From Terriglobia bacterium (GTDB taxonomy: Bacteria; Acidobacteriota; Polarisedimenticolia; Polarisedimenticolales; JAIQFR01), in the NCBI GenBank assembly GCA_963748015.1, contig CAVVHE010000004.1, forward strand, positions 1,792,001 through 1,856,000: a DNA stretch of 64,000 nucleotides, in the 5' to 3' direction. The position numbers and the translations under genes are program-made. Positions 29,459-40,741 of the stretch are shown here, piece after piece (the stretch's first letter is position 1; every line of letters starts with the position of its first letter). Under the pieces are notes generated by a model. The model worked only from the letters and a program-made list of their open reading frames with translations, made no database searches and was not told the DNA's origin.

Positions 29459-31419
29459 GGGGCCATCGAACCCTCGAAGAAGAGGCGGCAGGCTTCAACG
29501 TCGCGGACCAGGCGGTATGGCGGGAGGGACGCCAGAAAGGTCTGGCCGTAGCGCTTGGTGGTCAGGCGAGGGTCGAGGACCGACAGGATCCCTCGATCCG
29601 ACCGGCTCCTCAGGAGACGGCCGAGCCCCTGCTTGAGCTCCAGGACCGCGAGAGGGGTCTGGTACTCCTCGAACGGGTTGCCGCCCGCCTGCCGGATCTT
29701 CTCGATCCGGGCGGCGATCAGGGGGTCGGCGGGGACGTCGAAGGGGAGCTTGTCGATGACGACAAGCGACAGCGCCTCCCCCGGCACGTCGACACCGTGC
29801 CAGAACGAGGTCGTGCCGAGAAGCACGCCGCGCTCGGCTTCCTTGAACGCCTCGACGAGCGCCGGCTTGCTCCCCTCTCCCTGCACGAAGAGCGTCCACC
29901 GCTCCTCGAGCTCCAGCGACTCGCGCACCTTCGCCATGACCGCGTAGGAGGTAAACAAGAGAAAGGCGCGCCCCCGCGTGATCTCGAGGAGCGCGCCGAT
30001 CTCCTCGAGGGCGCGGTCGAGCCAGCCGCGCTCCCTCGGCTCCGGCATCCCCTTGGGGAGGTACAGCACCGCCTGCCGCGCGTGGTCGAACGGGGAGTCC
30101 ACGATGCGCGTCGCGCAGTCCGTGAGCCCGAGGCGTTGCTGGAAGAACCCGAACCGTCCCTCGACCGCGAGGGTCGCCGAGGTCAGTACCGCGGCGTGGA
30201 GGCTCTCGAACAGCGATTCGCGCAGGATCGTCGAGACGTCGATCGGCGCGGCGCCGAGGAGGACGCTCGCGCGACCGCGCCCCTCGACGCTGTACACGAA
30301 GCCGGGATCGCTCCTTCGGAGCACCAGCGAGAGCGCCTCCTTGATCTCGCCCCCGCGCGCCTCGATCGCCGCTCCCGCCTCGTCGTCGGCGGCAGCCCCC
30401 TCGCTCCCCACGTCGTCGATCGCGCCGGCGAGCGCCGCCCACTCGTGCTCCAGCGCGGGGCCGCCCCGCTCGGGCGGGTCGAAGCGCATGCGCCCGGACT
30501 CCTCGGGGAGCCGCTCGCGTAGAACGCCGAAGAACTCCCGCGCCGCGCGACGCAGCGCCGCCGCTCCCCCCGCTCCCTTGGCCGGCCCGCCTGCCTTGGC
30601 GGCGAGCGCCTCGGCGTCCCGCGCGAGCTCCTCCACCTGCCCCGACGAGACCTGGGTGCCGAAGTACTGCGTCGCGATCTCCTCGAGGAGGTGCGCCTCG
30701 TCGAAGACCACCGTGTCGTACTCGGGGAGCACCGAGCCGAACGCGGTGCGCACCGCGAGGTCCGCGAAGAAGAGGTGGTGGTTGACCACGAGGATGGTCG
30801 CCCGCTCGGCGTCCCGCTTGAGCTTCGTCAGCCAGCACTGCTCGAACTCGGGGCACTTCCTGCCGGTGCAGGTGTCGGCGCGGGCGTTGACGTCGCGCCA
30901 GAGGCGCAGCCCGTCGGGAAGGTCGGCGACCTCGGCCCGGTCCCCGCTCGCGGTCTTGCGGCTCCACTTCCTGAGCTTCGGGAGCCACTTCCGCTCGTCG
31001 AGGACCTCGAACAGCGGCTCCGCCTCGAACTGCGCGAAGCGGTAGCGGCAGAGGTAGTTCTCCCGCCCCTTCATCAGGCAGGCCGAGAACGCGAGGCCGG
31101 CCTTCTCCCTGAGGAACGGGAGGTCCATCCGGAAGATCTGGTCCTGAAGGTTGCGCGTCCCGGTGGAGATCACCACGCGGCGCCCCAGCTCGATCGCGGG
31201 CACGAGGTACGCCAGCGTCTTGCCGGTCCCCGTCCCGGCCTCGACCATCAGCGACGCCGCTCGTCGTGAAACGTGCGCTCGACAGCGAGCGCCATCTCTT
31301 GCTGGCCCGAGCGTGGCTCGTAGTTCGGGTGGGCGCGCGACAGCGGCCCGCCGGGCTCGAAGAACGCTCCGGTGGATCTCGTCCGGGGAGGCCACCGAGC
31401 CCGGAAGCTCGTCTTCCAC
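29455..31419 (-). CDS. DinG/YoaA-family ATP-dependent helicase (compensating indels near the N-terminus)
   Basis: [11 protein letters not shown] in an alternate frame; [45 protein letters not shown]. Confidence 0.88.
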   Translation of the reverse strand: MEDELPGSVASPDEIHRSVLRARRAAVARPPELRATLGPARDGARCRAHVSRRAASLMVEAGTGTGKTLAYLVPAIELGRRVVISTGTRNLQDQIFRMDLPFLREKAGLAFSACLMKGRENYLCRYRFAQFEAEPLFEVLDERKWLPKLRKWSRKTASGDRAEVADLPDGLRLWRDVNARADTCTGRKCPEFEQCWLTKLKRDAERATILVVNHHLFFADLAVRTAFGSVLPEYDTVVFDEAHLLEEIATQYFGTQVSSGQVEELARDAEALAAKAGGPAKGAGGAAALRRAAREFFGVLRERLPEESGRMRFDPPERGGPALEHEWAALAGAIDDVGSEGAAADDEAGAAIEARGGEIKEALSLVLRRSDPGFVYSVEGRGRASVLLGAAPIDVSTILRESLFESLHAAVLTSATLAVEGRFGFFQQRLGLTDCATRIVDSPFDHARQAVLYLPKGMPEPRERGWLDRALEEIGALLEITRGRAFLLFTSYAVMAKVRESLELEERWTLFVQGEGSKPALVEAFKEAERGVLLGTTSFWHGVDVPGEALSLVVIDKLPFDVPADPLIAARIEKIRQAGGNPFEEYQTPLAVLELKQGLGRLLRSRSDRGILSVLDPRLTTKRYGQTFLASLPPYRLVRDVEACRLFFEGSMAP

Positions 31420-31470
31420 CGCAAACCGTCGAGGCCATTTCCGCCGGCACCGGTCGACCATGGCCAGGGT

Positions 31471-31658
31471 CCGCGATCGTCCGTGGAATATCCCGCGGCG
31501 ACGATGCCCGAGGCGACGGGGACCCCTGCACGGCCGCGCAGAGGGTCGAGCGCGATGGCGCTAGGGTCCGCGCCATCGCGCTCGCTCGACCCTCTGCGCG
31601 GCCGATGCGGGTCGTCGCCGAGGGAGGTCGCCGCGGGATATTCCACGGACGATCGCGG
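31471..31658. repeat. Long hairpin element family A, copy 3 (inverted)
   Basis: Perfect 32 bp arms 31471-31502/31627-31658; the core is the reverse complement of copy 1 with compensatory changes. Confidence 0.95.
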
Positions 31659-31744
31659 CCCCCCGGCACGCGGAGCCTCGCCCGAGCGGAGGTCGCAGCC
31701 GAGCAACCGGCTCACACGGCCAAGTCCACGAGTACGACGCCCCG

Positions 31745-33014
31745 TCAGGCCCGCGTGCCCGCGGAGGCGAGACGCTTCGCGTAGAGCGGGAAACCGGGCC
31801 GCGAGGGCGACGACGTCCTCGCGCACCTTCGCGAGCGCCGCAGGGTCGTCCCGGCCGTCGAGGCCTCGGCCGATCAGGTCGGCGACCGCGTCCATCTCGG
31901 CGAGCCCCATCCCGCGCGTCGTGATCGCGGGAGTGCCGATGCGGACGCCGCTCGCGACGAAGGGCTTGTTCGTGTCGAACGGGATCGTGTTCTTGTTGAC
32001 GGTGATCCCCGCCTGCTCGAGGGCCTTCTCCGCGACCTTCCCGGTGATCCCCTTCGAGAAGACGTCGACGAGGAACAGGTGGTTGTCGGTGCCACCGGAG
32101 ACGATCCGGAAGCCCCGCGACGCGACCGCCTTCGAGAGCGCCGCCGCGTTGTCCACGACCCGGTCGATGTAGGCCTTGTACGCCGGCTGCAGAGCCTCGT
32201 GGAACGCAACCGCCTTGGCCGCGATGACGTGGACGAGAGGGCCTCCCTGGATTCCGGGGAACGTGACCCTGTCGAGGTCCGTGGCGAACTCCGCCTTGCA
32301 GAGGATCAGGCCGCCGCGCGGGCCGCGCAGCGTCTTGTGGGTCGTCGTCGTGACGAAGTCGCAGTGCGGCACCGGGCTCGGGTGCCTCCCCGTGGCCACC
32401 ATCCCCGCGATGTGCGCGATGTCGGCCATGACCTTGGCGCCCGCCGCCTTCGCGATCGCCGCGATGCGCGCGAAGTCGATCACGCGCGGGTAGGCCGACG
32501 CGCCGCAGACGATCAGCTTCGGCTTGTGCTCGAGCGCCAATCGCTCGAGCGCGTCGTAGTCGAGCCTCTCGTCGTCCTTCCGGACGCCGTAGGCGATGAA
32601 CTTGTAGAGCTTGCCGGAGATGTTGAGAGGGTGGCCGTGAGTCAGGTGGCCGCCGTGGGAGAGGTCCATGCCGAGAACGGTGTCGCCGGGCTGGAGCGCC
32701 GCCAGGTAGACCGCCGTGTTGGCCTGGGTGCCGGAGTGCGGCTGCACGTTCGCGTGCTCGGCGCCGAACAGCTGCTTCGCGCGCTCGATCGCGAGCCGCT
32801 CGACGACGTCGGTGAACTCGCAGCCGCCGTAGTAGCGCTTTCCCGGATACCCCTCGGCGTACTTGTTCGTGAAGACCGAGCCCGTGGCCTCGAGCACCGC
32901 CTCGCTCACGAAATTCTCGGATGCGATCAGCTCCAGCCCGCCCGCCTGCCGCTGCGTCTCGTGGAGGATCGCATCGGCGACGTCGGGATCCACCTCGCGC
33001 AAGCTCCGGTTCAT
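31745..33014 (-). CDS. glyA: Serine hydroxymethyltransferase (one extra base near 31790; corrected end [15 protein letters not shown])
   Basis: [43 protein letters not shown]. Confidence 0.95.
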
Positions 33015-33039
33015 GTCGGTCCTCCCCGTTTCGCCGGGT

Positions 33040-33507
33040 TCAGCAGCCACACCGCGGATCGCCCGGGGACGTCGCCTCCAGGCGCATGATCTTGTCCACC
33101 CTGCCGTCGTGCCGCCCGTGCTGGAAGGACGCGTCGAGGAACGCGTCGAGCGTCTCCTCCATGAGCCCCGGGCCGGTCACCCGCGAGCCCATGCACAGCA
33201 CGTTCGCGTCGTTGTGCTCGCGCGCCAGCCGGGCGGTGTAGGCCTCGGTGCAGTGGGCGGCGCGGATCCCGCGCACCTTGTTGGCGGCGATGCTCATCCC
33301 GATGCCGCTCCCGCAGACGAGCACGCCGAGATCCGCCTTCCCCTCGGCCACGAGACGCGCCACGCGCCCGGCGAAGTCCGGATAGTCCACCGAGGCGCTG
33401 CCGTGCGTCCCGACGTCCTCCACCGTCTCGCCGCGCCTCGCGAGGCGCTGCTTCAGCCCCTCCTTGGCCTCGTACCCGGCGTGGTCGGCGCCGATCGCGA
33501 TCCTCAT
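33040..33507 (-). CDS. rpiB: Ribose-5-phosphate isomerase B
   Basis: IGADHAG, DYPD, CGSGIG, ANK..GIRAA, HNDANVL, GRH. Confidence 0.95.
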   Translation of the reverse strand: MRIAIGADHAGYEAKEGLKQRLARRGETVEDVGTHGSASVDYPDFAGRVARLVAEGKADLGVLVCGSGIGMSIAANKVRGIRAAHCTEAYTARLAREHNDANVLCMGSRVTGPGLMEETLDAFLDASFQHGRHDGRVDKIMRLEATSPGDPRCGC

Positions 33508-34859
33508 CGGCTCTCCTCCCTGCGGAGCTGCTCGGCGCTCGGGATCGGGATCGCGCCCATCTCGAGGAGCTTCGCGTGCTCCGCCAGCGCGAACGCGTCC
33601 GTCATCCCGGCGAGGTAGTCGCCGAGGAGGCGCGCGAAGCGCGGGTCGCCCCGGTAGAGCCCGGAAAGGTCCTTCTCGAGCGTCTCGCGAGGCAGGTCCC
33701 GCAGGTATGGTACCCCGGCGATTTCCTTGTAGCGAAGGAGGACGTGGTTCTCGAGGAGCGTCGGGTCGGCGAAGTACCCGGCGAACAGTCCGAGGATCAC
33801 GCGCCGCCCGCGCCCGTCCACGCGGTCGGCCTCGGCACCGCGACGCACCTTCGCCTCGAGGAACCCCTCGAGATCCTCGACGAGACGGAGCACGGCCGAG
33901 GGCAGCCCGACCGTGCCCCCCTCCACGGCGCCGTCGCGGACGTCCAGGAATCCTCCCGGCTCCGTGACGCCGAGACGCGACGCCCAGCGCGCGAGCGCCG
34001 CGTCGCTCGCGAGGATGGCGCTCGTCACCAGGAGATGCGTCAACCCGCGGTGGATCGCGTTCGCCTTCATGAATCGGCCGGCGCGCTGCCGCCAGCGGGC
34101 GCCGAGCTTCCGCTTGAGCTCCTCCACCGCCCGCAGGCGCTCCACCTGCGCGAGGTCGAGAGCGCCGGATTGGAGCGCGTCGTCGAGATCGTGAAGGGCC
34201 GACGCGATCCGGTCCGCGAGCGCCACGACCTGCACCTCGAAGGCCGGCGCGAGCCCGGGACGGACCCCTTCGATGCGGTCGGGCGGCTCGAACGCGCCGC
34301 CGTCCGCCTTCAGGATCCCCTCGCGGACCGCGTCGGTGAGGTTCAGCCCCGGGTGCTCGTAGCGCTTCTCGAGCCGGTCCACGACCCGGATCCCCTGCCA
34401 CGAGCTACGGAACCCGCCGAGATCGCCGAGCGACGGGCCGCCGCGGCCGTCGAGCCTCCCCGACAGGACGTCGTCGAGCGCCCGCTCTCCCGCGGGGCCG
34501 AAGGGCGGCTGCCCGAGGTCGTGGCCCAGGGCGACCGCCTCGACCAGGTCCTCGTTGAGCCGGAGCGCCCGGCCGATCGTGCGGGCGAGCTGCGCGACCT
34601 CGAGGGTGTGGGTCAGGCGGTTCCGCCGGTGGTCCTCGTAGGCGGGAAGGATGCCGGCCTGCGCCTTCTGCCGGAGCCGCCGGAAGGCGCGGCTGTAGAC
34701 GATCCGGTCCCGGTCCCGCTGGAACTCGGTGCGGTAGTCGAACGCTCTCCCCTCGTCCTCGAGCGGGTAGCGGCGCGCGGCGCCGGCAGAGCGCAGGGCC
34801 CATGGGGCAAGGCGAGCATCCTCGGCTCTCTCGAGCGCGAGGCGCATCGGTTCCGGCAT
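33504..34859 (-). CDS. dgt: dGTP triphosphohydrolase-like HD protein
   Basis: FQRDRDRI..S.AFRRL, RLTHTLEVAQ, HDLG, DYLAGMTD. Confidence 0.8.
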   Translation of the reverse strand: MPEPMRLALERAEDARLAPWALRSAGAARRYPLEDEGRAFDYRTEFQRDRDRIVYSRAFRRLRQKAQAGILPAYEDHRRNRLTHTLEVAQLARTIGRALRLNEDLVEAVALGHDLGQPPFGPAGERALDDVLSGRLDGRGGPSLGDLGGFRSSWQGIRVVDRLEKRYEHPGLNLTDAVREGILKADGGAFEPPDRIEGVRPGLAPAFEVQVVALADRIASALHDLDDALQSGALDLAQVERLRAVEELKRKLGARWRQRAGRFMKANAIHRGLTHLLVTSAILASDAALARWASRLGVTEPGGFLDVRDGAVEGGTVGLPSAVLRLVEDLEGFLEAKVRRGAEADRVDGRGRRVILGLFAGYFADPTLLENHVLLRYKEIAGVPYLRDLPRETLEKDLSGLYRGDPRFARLLGDYLAGMTDAFALAEHAKLLEMGAIPIPSAEQLRREESR

Positions 34860-34976
34860 CGAGTTCTCCGGCGCGCATGCTACAACGCCGTTACGAGCCG
34901 GTTCAAGGCGCCCTGCCGTTCCCCGCTTGCCGCGGGCGCCCCCGGCGCCTAAGTTCTCTGGCGACGGGAGGGGCCG

Positions 34977-35153
34977 ATGGCGATCTCCATTGACTTCGAT
35001 CTCTGCGAGGGCACCGGGGTTTGCGCGGCCGTCTGCCCGGAAGACGTCTTCGATCACCACAACGGCCGCACCTCGATCGTCAAGCCCGACGCCTGCACCG
35101 ACTGCTGGATCTGCGTCGAGCGCTGCGTCTCCGGCGCCGTCTCCCTGGACTGA
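34977..35153 (+). CDS. Dicluster ferredoxin, 58 aa (absent from the ORF track)
   Basis: MAISIDFDLCEGTGVCAAVCPEDVF...CTDCWICVERCVSGAVSLD; GGAGG RBS. Confidence 0.9.
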   Translation: MAISIDFDLCEGTGVCAAVCPEDVFDHHNGRTSIVKPDACTDCWICVERCVSGAVSLD

Positions 35154-35206
35154 TCGCTGCCGCGACGCTTGCCGCGCGAATCTCGTCGGGTTAACGTTCG
35201 AGTCCC

Positions 35207-36694
35207 GTGACAAGGAAACTCGAAGGACTCGGCGACCTCGGCGCGGAGCTGGCGCGGCGCGCGCGATCCGCCGGCTTGATGCTGGTGTGGCGCGCGCAGG
35301 CCCGGTCGGCGCGGCGCGTGCTCGTGCAGGGCGGGCGGACGGAGGAGAGCCGCGCCGTCTCGTCGTGCGGCCATGGCCTGCAGATCGTCACGCCGGAAGG
35401 AGCGACCGCGCTCGCGAGCCGGGACGGGCTCGACGCCGAGCCCGCCCTGGGCCTCCTCGGCCGCGCGGCCGAGGCGGCGGCCGCGGACGCGTCGCTCGGC
35501 CTGCACCGCGGAGCGATTCCCGAGCTGCCGCCGCTCGTCGCGCGAGACGTGCCCGAAGGCCTCGACGCCTTCGAGCGGGTGGACCTCGCCGAGGTGGCGA
35601 AGCGGCTCGCGGCCATCGGCGCGGAGATCGAGTCGCGCGTTCCCGGGGTGACCCTCCGTCTGAGCTACCAGGCCGAGGTGGACGCCTGGCGGATCTTCCG
35701 CTCCGACGGGACGGACGTGCTGTACGCGATGCCGAGGTGCACGATGCGGCTGGGCGCCACGTCGGGCGGCGATCGGGAGCGTCACACGGTGGCGGCGTCC
35801 GTCGCCGGGCCGGACCCCGCGCTTCCGTGGAACGACGCGTCGGCCTCGCTCTTCGCGAGGAGGGGCATCGTCGCCGCGGAGCTGGCCCGCTCGCTGCCCG
35901 GAGCGCCTCCCCATCCCGCGGGCACCTTTCCGCTGGTCATCGACTACGCCCTCGCCAAGGGGTTGGCGCACGAGGCGTTCGGGCACGCGGCGGAAGCCGA
36001 CGGGTTCCGCTCGTCCATCCTCGCGCGGGACGGCCGGTTCCGGACCGGGGACACGGTCGGTGCCCCTCACGTCTCGATCGTGGACGAGCCGGTGCGCGGC
36101 GACCACGCGTGGCAGCCGTTCAGCGCCAACGGCCTGCGCCGCGAGCGCACCACGATCGTGGAGCGCGGCCGCCTCGCCGGCGCGCTGTCCGATCCCTGGT
36201 CGGCCGGGCCCGGCGGGGTCCCCCTGTCGGGGGCCGAGCGGGCCGAGTCGTACCGGAACGCCCCGCTCTCCAGGATGAGCAACATCAGGATCGAGGCGGA
36301 AGGCGCGCTCCCCGCGCCCGGGTCGTTCGAGGACTACGGGCCCGAAGAGCTGCGCGACCTGCTCGACCGCGCGGGGGTGCTGAGGCGACACCCGCGGGTG
36401 GCGTTCCTGTCGGGGTACAGCGGCGGGCAGGTCAACACCGCGTCCGGCGACTTCGTGTTCCACTGCAAGGCGATCTACGCGCTGGGGCGGGACGGGATCC
36501 GCCTGCACCGCCCCGCGATCTTCTCGGGCTCGATGCTCGGCGCGCTCGGAGCGATCCGGGAAGCGTTCGGGCCGCTCCTCCTCGACGCGATCGGCACCTG
36601 CGGGAAATGGGGCCAGAGCGTGCCGTCGAGCGGGGGAAGCCACTACTTCCTGGTCCTCGACCCCGGCGATGCCTTCCGGCTCGGAGGATCGTGA
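35207..36694 (+). CDS. tldD: TldD-family metalloprotease
   Basis: HEAFGH (HExxxH), RMSN, C-terminal CGK.GQ.VP. Confidence 0.85.
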   Translation: MTRKLEGLGDLGAELARRARSAGLMLVWRAQARSARRVLVQGGRTEESRAVSSCGHGLQIVTPEGATALASRDGLDAEPALGLLGRAAEAAAADASLGLHRGAIPELPPLVARDVPEGLDAFERVDLAEVAKRLAAIGAEIESRVPGVTLRLSYQAEVDAWRIFRSDGTDVLYAMPRCTMRLGATSGGDRERHTVAASVAGPDPALPWNDASASLFARRGIVAAELARSLPGAPPHPAGTFPLVIDYALAKGLAHEAFGHAAEADGFRSSILARDGRFRTGDTVGAPHVSIVDEPVRGDHAWQPFSANGLRRERTTIVERGRLAGALSDPWSAGPGGVPLSGAERAESYRNAPLSRMSNIRIEAEGALPAPGSFEDYGPEELRDLLDRAGVLRRHPRVAFLSGYSGGQVNTASGDFVFHCKAIYALGRDGIRLHRPAIFSGSMLGALGAIREAFGPLLLDAIGTCGKWGQSVPSSGGSHYFLVLDPGDAFRLGGS

Positions 36695-36695
36695 C

Positions 36696-37994
36696 GTGCC
36701 GCTCGGCCGCCTGCTCGACGCGATCCGGAGCTTCCGCGAGGGCGGGAAGTCCGTGCGCGACTGGTCGGTCTCAGGGGTCGAGACGCGGCGGCTCTCGCTC
36801 GGCACGCGCGACCGGGAGACCGGAGGCCCCCACTCCCCTCTCGACCTGGCCGAGTCGTTCGGCGCGCGATTCCTGCTCGTCTGGGACGACGGACGGGTGA
36901 GCACGGGCGAGGTGGACCGATCCGAGATCGGGAACGGCGCCCGCGACGCCATCGCGCGGGCGCTCGCCGCCGCACGCGAGGATCCGGACGCGGCGCAGGT
37001 CCACGGCCCGGTGCGGGCGCCCGGCGTCGAGCTCCACGACCCGGCGGTGGCGCGAATCGCGATGGGCAACGCCGCCCCGCACGCGGCGCGCCTCGCCCGC
37101 ATCCGCCGGTGCGTCGCCGACCACGGCTTCCGCACGTGGAGCGGCTCGATGACCGCGTCGGAATCGCGGAGCCGCATCGTCACTTCCGCCGGTCTCGACG
37201 CCGAGGTCGTCGCGACCGGCGCCTACTGGGGCGTCACGTTCGAGGGGGAGCTGGGGGACGGGTTCCACGGCCGGGCCGAGGAGCCCGAGGAGGCGTTCGA
37301 GGCCCGCCTCGAGCGCCTCGCGGACCGGGTCGTCCGCCTGAGGCTGGCTGCGCCGCGCGCTCCCTCGGGGCTCCGCCCGGTCCTCCTCCATCCGAACGTC
37401 GTCGAGTCGTTCGTGTTGAGAATCTTCCTCGACAATCTCGACGGCGCCGCGGTGGCCCACGGCGAGAGCCACTTCCGCGAGGAGCAGTTCGGCTCCTCCG
37501 CTCCCGTCCTGCGCGAGGACCTAGCGCTCCGCGTGGACCCTCTCGAGCCGCTCCGCGCGGGCTCGTACCGCTTCACGAGGGAGGGGGTCCCCGCGGCGCG
37601 CTGCGCGCTCGTGGAGCGGGGACGGCTCGCCACCCCCATCCTGGACCTCAAGTACGCGCGGCGCCTGAAGCGGGCGCCGACGGCGCTCGTGAACGCGTAC
37701 GACACCCTCCACCTCGAGGGGCCCGAAACCGTTTCGTTCCCCGATGCGCTCGGGCAGGCGGAGGGGGGCCTGCTGGCGCTGCACGTCCTCGGCGTGCACA
37801 CGCTGGACCCGACCAGCGGCGACTTCTCGCTCTCGGCCCCGCAGGCCCTTGCGATCGAGGGCGGCGAGCTCGGCGGTCGCGTCCGCGCGACCCTGTCGGG
37901 GAACCTCTTCGAGAGCCTGAGGAGCGAGGCGCTGCGACTGGTCCGCTTCGAGGGGTACACGACCCCCGGATTGCTGATCTGGTGCCGTCTCTAG
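36696..37994 (+). CDS. pmbA: TldE/PmbA-family protein
   Basis: Follows tldD; EG......LV..G.L, GVHT.DP.SGDFS, SGN; no HExxH. Confidence 0.8.
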   Translation: MPLGRLLDAIRSFREGGKSVRDWSVSGVETRRLSLGTRDRETGGPHSPLDLAESFGARFLLVWDDGRVSTGEVDRSEIGNGARDAIARALAAAREDPDAAQVHGPVRAPGVELHDPAVARIAMGNAAPHAARLARIRRCVADHGFRTWSGSMTASESRSRIVTSAGLDAEVVATGAYWGVTFEGELGDGFHGRAEEPEEAFEARLERLADRVVRLRLAAPRAPSGLRPVLLHPNVVESFVLRIFLDNLDGAAVAHGESHFREEQFGSSAPVLREDLALRVDPLEPLRAGSYRFTREGVPAARCALVERGRLATPILDLKYARRLKRAPTALVNAYDTLHLEGPETVSFPDALGQAEGGLLALHVLGVHTLDPTSGDFSLSAPQALAIEGGELGGRVRATLSGNLFESLRSEALRLVRFEGYTTPGLLIWCRL

Positions 37995-38017
37995 CCCCTG
38001 CCCCCTGCCCTGGCCGG

Positions 38018-38045
38018 CTTGACAAAGCCCGACCCGAATCCCATC
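38018..38045 (+). promoter_or_regulatory. Putative heat-shock promoter (CTTGACA...CCCATC)
   Basis: CTTGACA at 38018-38024 and CCCATC at 38040-38045, upstream of the clpB operon. Confidence 0.4.
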
Positions 38046-38099
38046 AAACTCCTCTCGGAACAGTAACTTCACGAAGTTGGAAAGGTAGGGGTCCGGCCG

Positions 38100-40717
38100 A
38101 TGCGAGCCGATCGTCTGACCTTGAAGACCCAGGATGCTCTCGGCGAGGCGCGGAAGATGGCCCTCGATCTCGGGCATCCGGAGATCCGCCCGCTCCACCT
38201 GCTGCTGGCGCTCGCTCGCCAGAAGGACGGGATCGTCGGGCCGATCCTCGAGAAGCTCGGCGCCGACCCGCGGGCGGTCGCCTCGGACGCCGAGGAGCGC
38301 CTCCGCTCGGTGGCGCGCGTCGAGGGAGACGTGGACGTCGCCCTGTCCCGCGCGCTCTCCCAGGTCCTGCAGGACGCGGAACGTGCGGCCAAGGAGTTCC
38401 AGGACGAGTACCTTTCGACGGAGCACCTGCTGCTCGCGATGGCGCGCGGGACCGGCGAGGCGGCCGAGATCCTCCGACGCTTCGGCGCGACGGCCGACGG
38501 CGTTCTCCGCGCGCTTCGCGAGGTTCGCGGCACGGCCAAGATCACCGACCAGAGCCCCGAGGAGAAGTACCAGGCGCTCCGCCGCTACGCGCGCGACCTG
38601 ACCGAGCTCGCCCGCCAAGGGAAGCTCGACCCCGTGATCGGGCGCGACGAGGAGATCCGGCGGGTCATGCAGGTTCTCTGCAGGCGCACGAAGAACAATC
38701 CGGTCCTGATCGGCGACCCGGGAGTCGGCAAGACGGCGATCGCGGAAGGGCTCGCCCGCCGCATCGCGGACGGCGACGTCCCCGAGTCCCTCAAGGACCG
38801 CGCCGTCGTCGCCCTCGACCTGGGCGCGCTGATCGCCGGCACGAAGTACCGCGGCGAGTTCGAGGACCGGCTCAAGGCGGTGCTGCGCGAGATCGAGGAG
38901 TCCGACGGGCGCGTGATCCTGTTCATCGACGAGCTGCACACGCTCGTCGGCGCCGGAGCCGCCGAGGGGGCCGTGGACGCGGCCAACCTCCTCAAGCCGG
39001 CGCTGGCGAGGGGCGAGCTGCGCTGCGTCGGCGCCACGACCCTCGGCGAGTACCGTAAGCACATCGAGAAGGACGCCGCTCTCGAGCGGCGATTCCAGCC
39101 GGTGACGGTGAAGCGAGCCGTCGGTCGAGGACACGATCTCGATCCTGAGGGGCCTGCGAGGAGCGCTACGAGGTCCACCACGGCGTGAGGATCCAGGACG
39201 CCGCGATCGTCGCGGCGGCGACGCTTTCCAGCCGCTACATCGCCGACCGCTTCCTGCCGGACAAGGCGATCGACCTCATCGACGAGGCCGCGGCGCGGCT
39301 CACGCATGGAGATCGACTCCGTCCCGGCCGAGGTGGACGAGGTCCAGCGACGGATGACGCAGCTCGCAGATGGAGCGCCAGGCGCTCGGCCGCGAGACGG
39401 ACGCCGCCTCGATCGAGCGGCTCGAGGGGATCGAGCGGGAGCTAGCCGAGCTCAAGGAGCGCCACTCGAGGATGAAGGCGCGGTGGACCTCGGAAAAGGA
39501 GGTCATCTCCCGGATCCGGGCGGCCAAGGAGCAGATCGAGAAGGCCCGCGGCGACGCCGACCGCGCCCAGAAGGAAGGCGCGCTCGAGGTGGCGGCGCGC
39601 CTCCGTTACGGCGACGTCCCGAGGCTGCAGAAGGACCTCGACGCGGACAACCTCCGCCTCGCCGAGCTGCAGCGCGACGGCGCGATGCTCAAGGAAGAGG
39701 TCGGCGAGGAGGACATCGCCGAGATCGTCTCGAAGTGGACCGGGATCCCGGTGGCGAAGATGCTCGAGGGGGAGATTCGCAAGCTCGTCCACCTCGAGGA
39801 GGAGCTGCATCGCCGCGTCGTGGGTCAGGACGCCGCCGTCTCGGCCGTCGCCACGGCGGTCCGCCGCGCGCGCTCCGGGCTCAAGGACCCCGACCGCCCG
39901 GCCGGCTCGTTCGTCTTCCTCGGCCCGACGGGAGTCGGGAAGACCGAGCTCGCCAGGGCGCTCGCGGAGTGCCTTTTCGACGACGAGCGGGCGATGATCC
40001 GGCTCGACATGTCCGAGTACCAGGAGCGGCACACGGTGGCGCGGATGATCGGCGCTCCTCCCGGCTACGTCGGCTACGAGGAGGGAGGCCAGCTCACCGA
40101 GGCGGTCCGCCGCCGGCCGTACGCCGTGGTTCTGCTCGACGAGATCGAGAAGGCGCACGCGGAGGTGTTCAACCTCCTGCTGCAGGTCCTCGACGACGGG
40201 CGGCTCACCGACGGCAAGGGCCGCACGGTGGACTTCCGGAACACGATCCTGATCATGACCTCGAACCTGGCCTCGGGCTACATCCTGGACCACGCCGGCG
40301 AGGACCCGGAGCGGCTGCGAGGACGCCGTGGACCAGGCGCTCCGCGAGGCGTTCCGGCCGGAGTTCCTGAACCGTCTCGACGACACGATCGTCTTCCGCT
40401 CGCTGTCGCGCGACGACCTGGCCGCGATCGTCGACCTCCAGGTGGAGCGCCTCCGGAAGACGCTGGCCGGGCGGAGGATCGAGCTCGTCGTCACCGACGC
40501 CGCGCGTCGGGTGCTCGCCGAGGAAGGGTACGACCCCGCGTTCGGGGCGAGACCGCTGAAACGGGTGATCCAGCGGCGCCTGCAGGATCCTCTGGCGATG
40601 AAGCTCCTCGACGGGACGTTCGAGCCCGGCGACACGGTCGCCGCCGGCGCCCCGGCGGGCGAGATCGTCCTCGAGAAGCGCGCCCCCGCACCGGCGGGCA
40701 CGGACCGGACGGAGTAG
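38100..40717 (+). CDS. clpB: ClpB chaperone (about five apparent single-base insertions, near 39112, 39158, 39302, 39367 and 40320)
   Basis: [36 protein letters not shown], coiled-coil M domain, [31 protein letters not shown] found across successive frames. Confidence 0.93.
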
Positions 40718-40741
40718 AATTCGCCGGGGGAGGAAGGCACC

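Noticed and set aside
31248..31744. C-terminal extension of GlyA through the repeat
   Set aside because: Removing one base near 31790 restores the usual FPLY ending and a stop at 31745
33504..34859. Anti-phage dGTPase defence system
   Set aside because: Housekeeping context (rpiB, glyA), host-like GC content and no defence-island neighbours
38100..40717. clpB, lptD or glyA as pseudogenes or programmed frameshifts
   Set aside because: No slippery sites or other decay, and the genes are essential or conserved; sequencing error is more parsimonious
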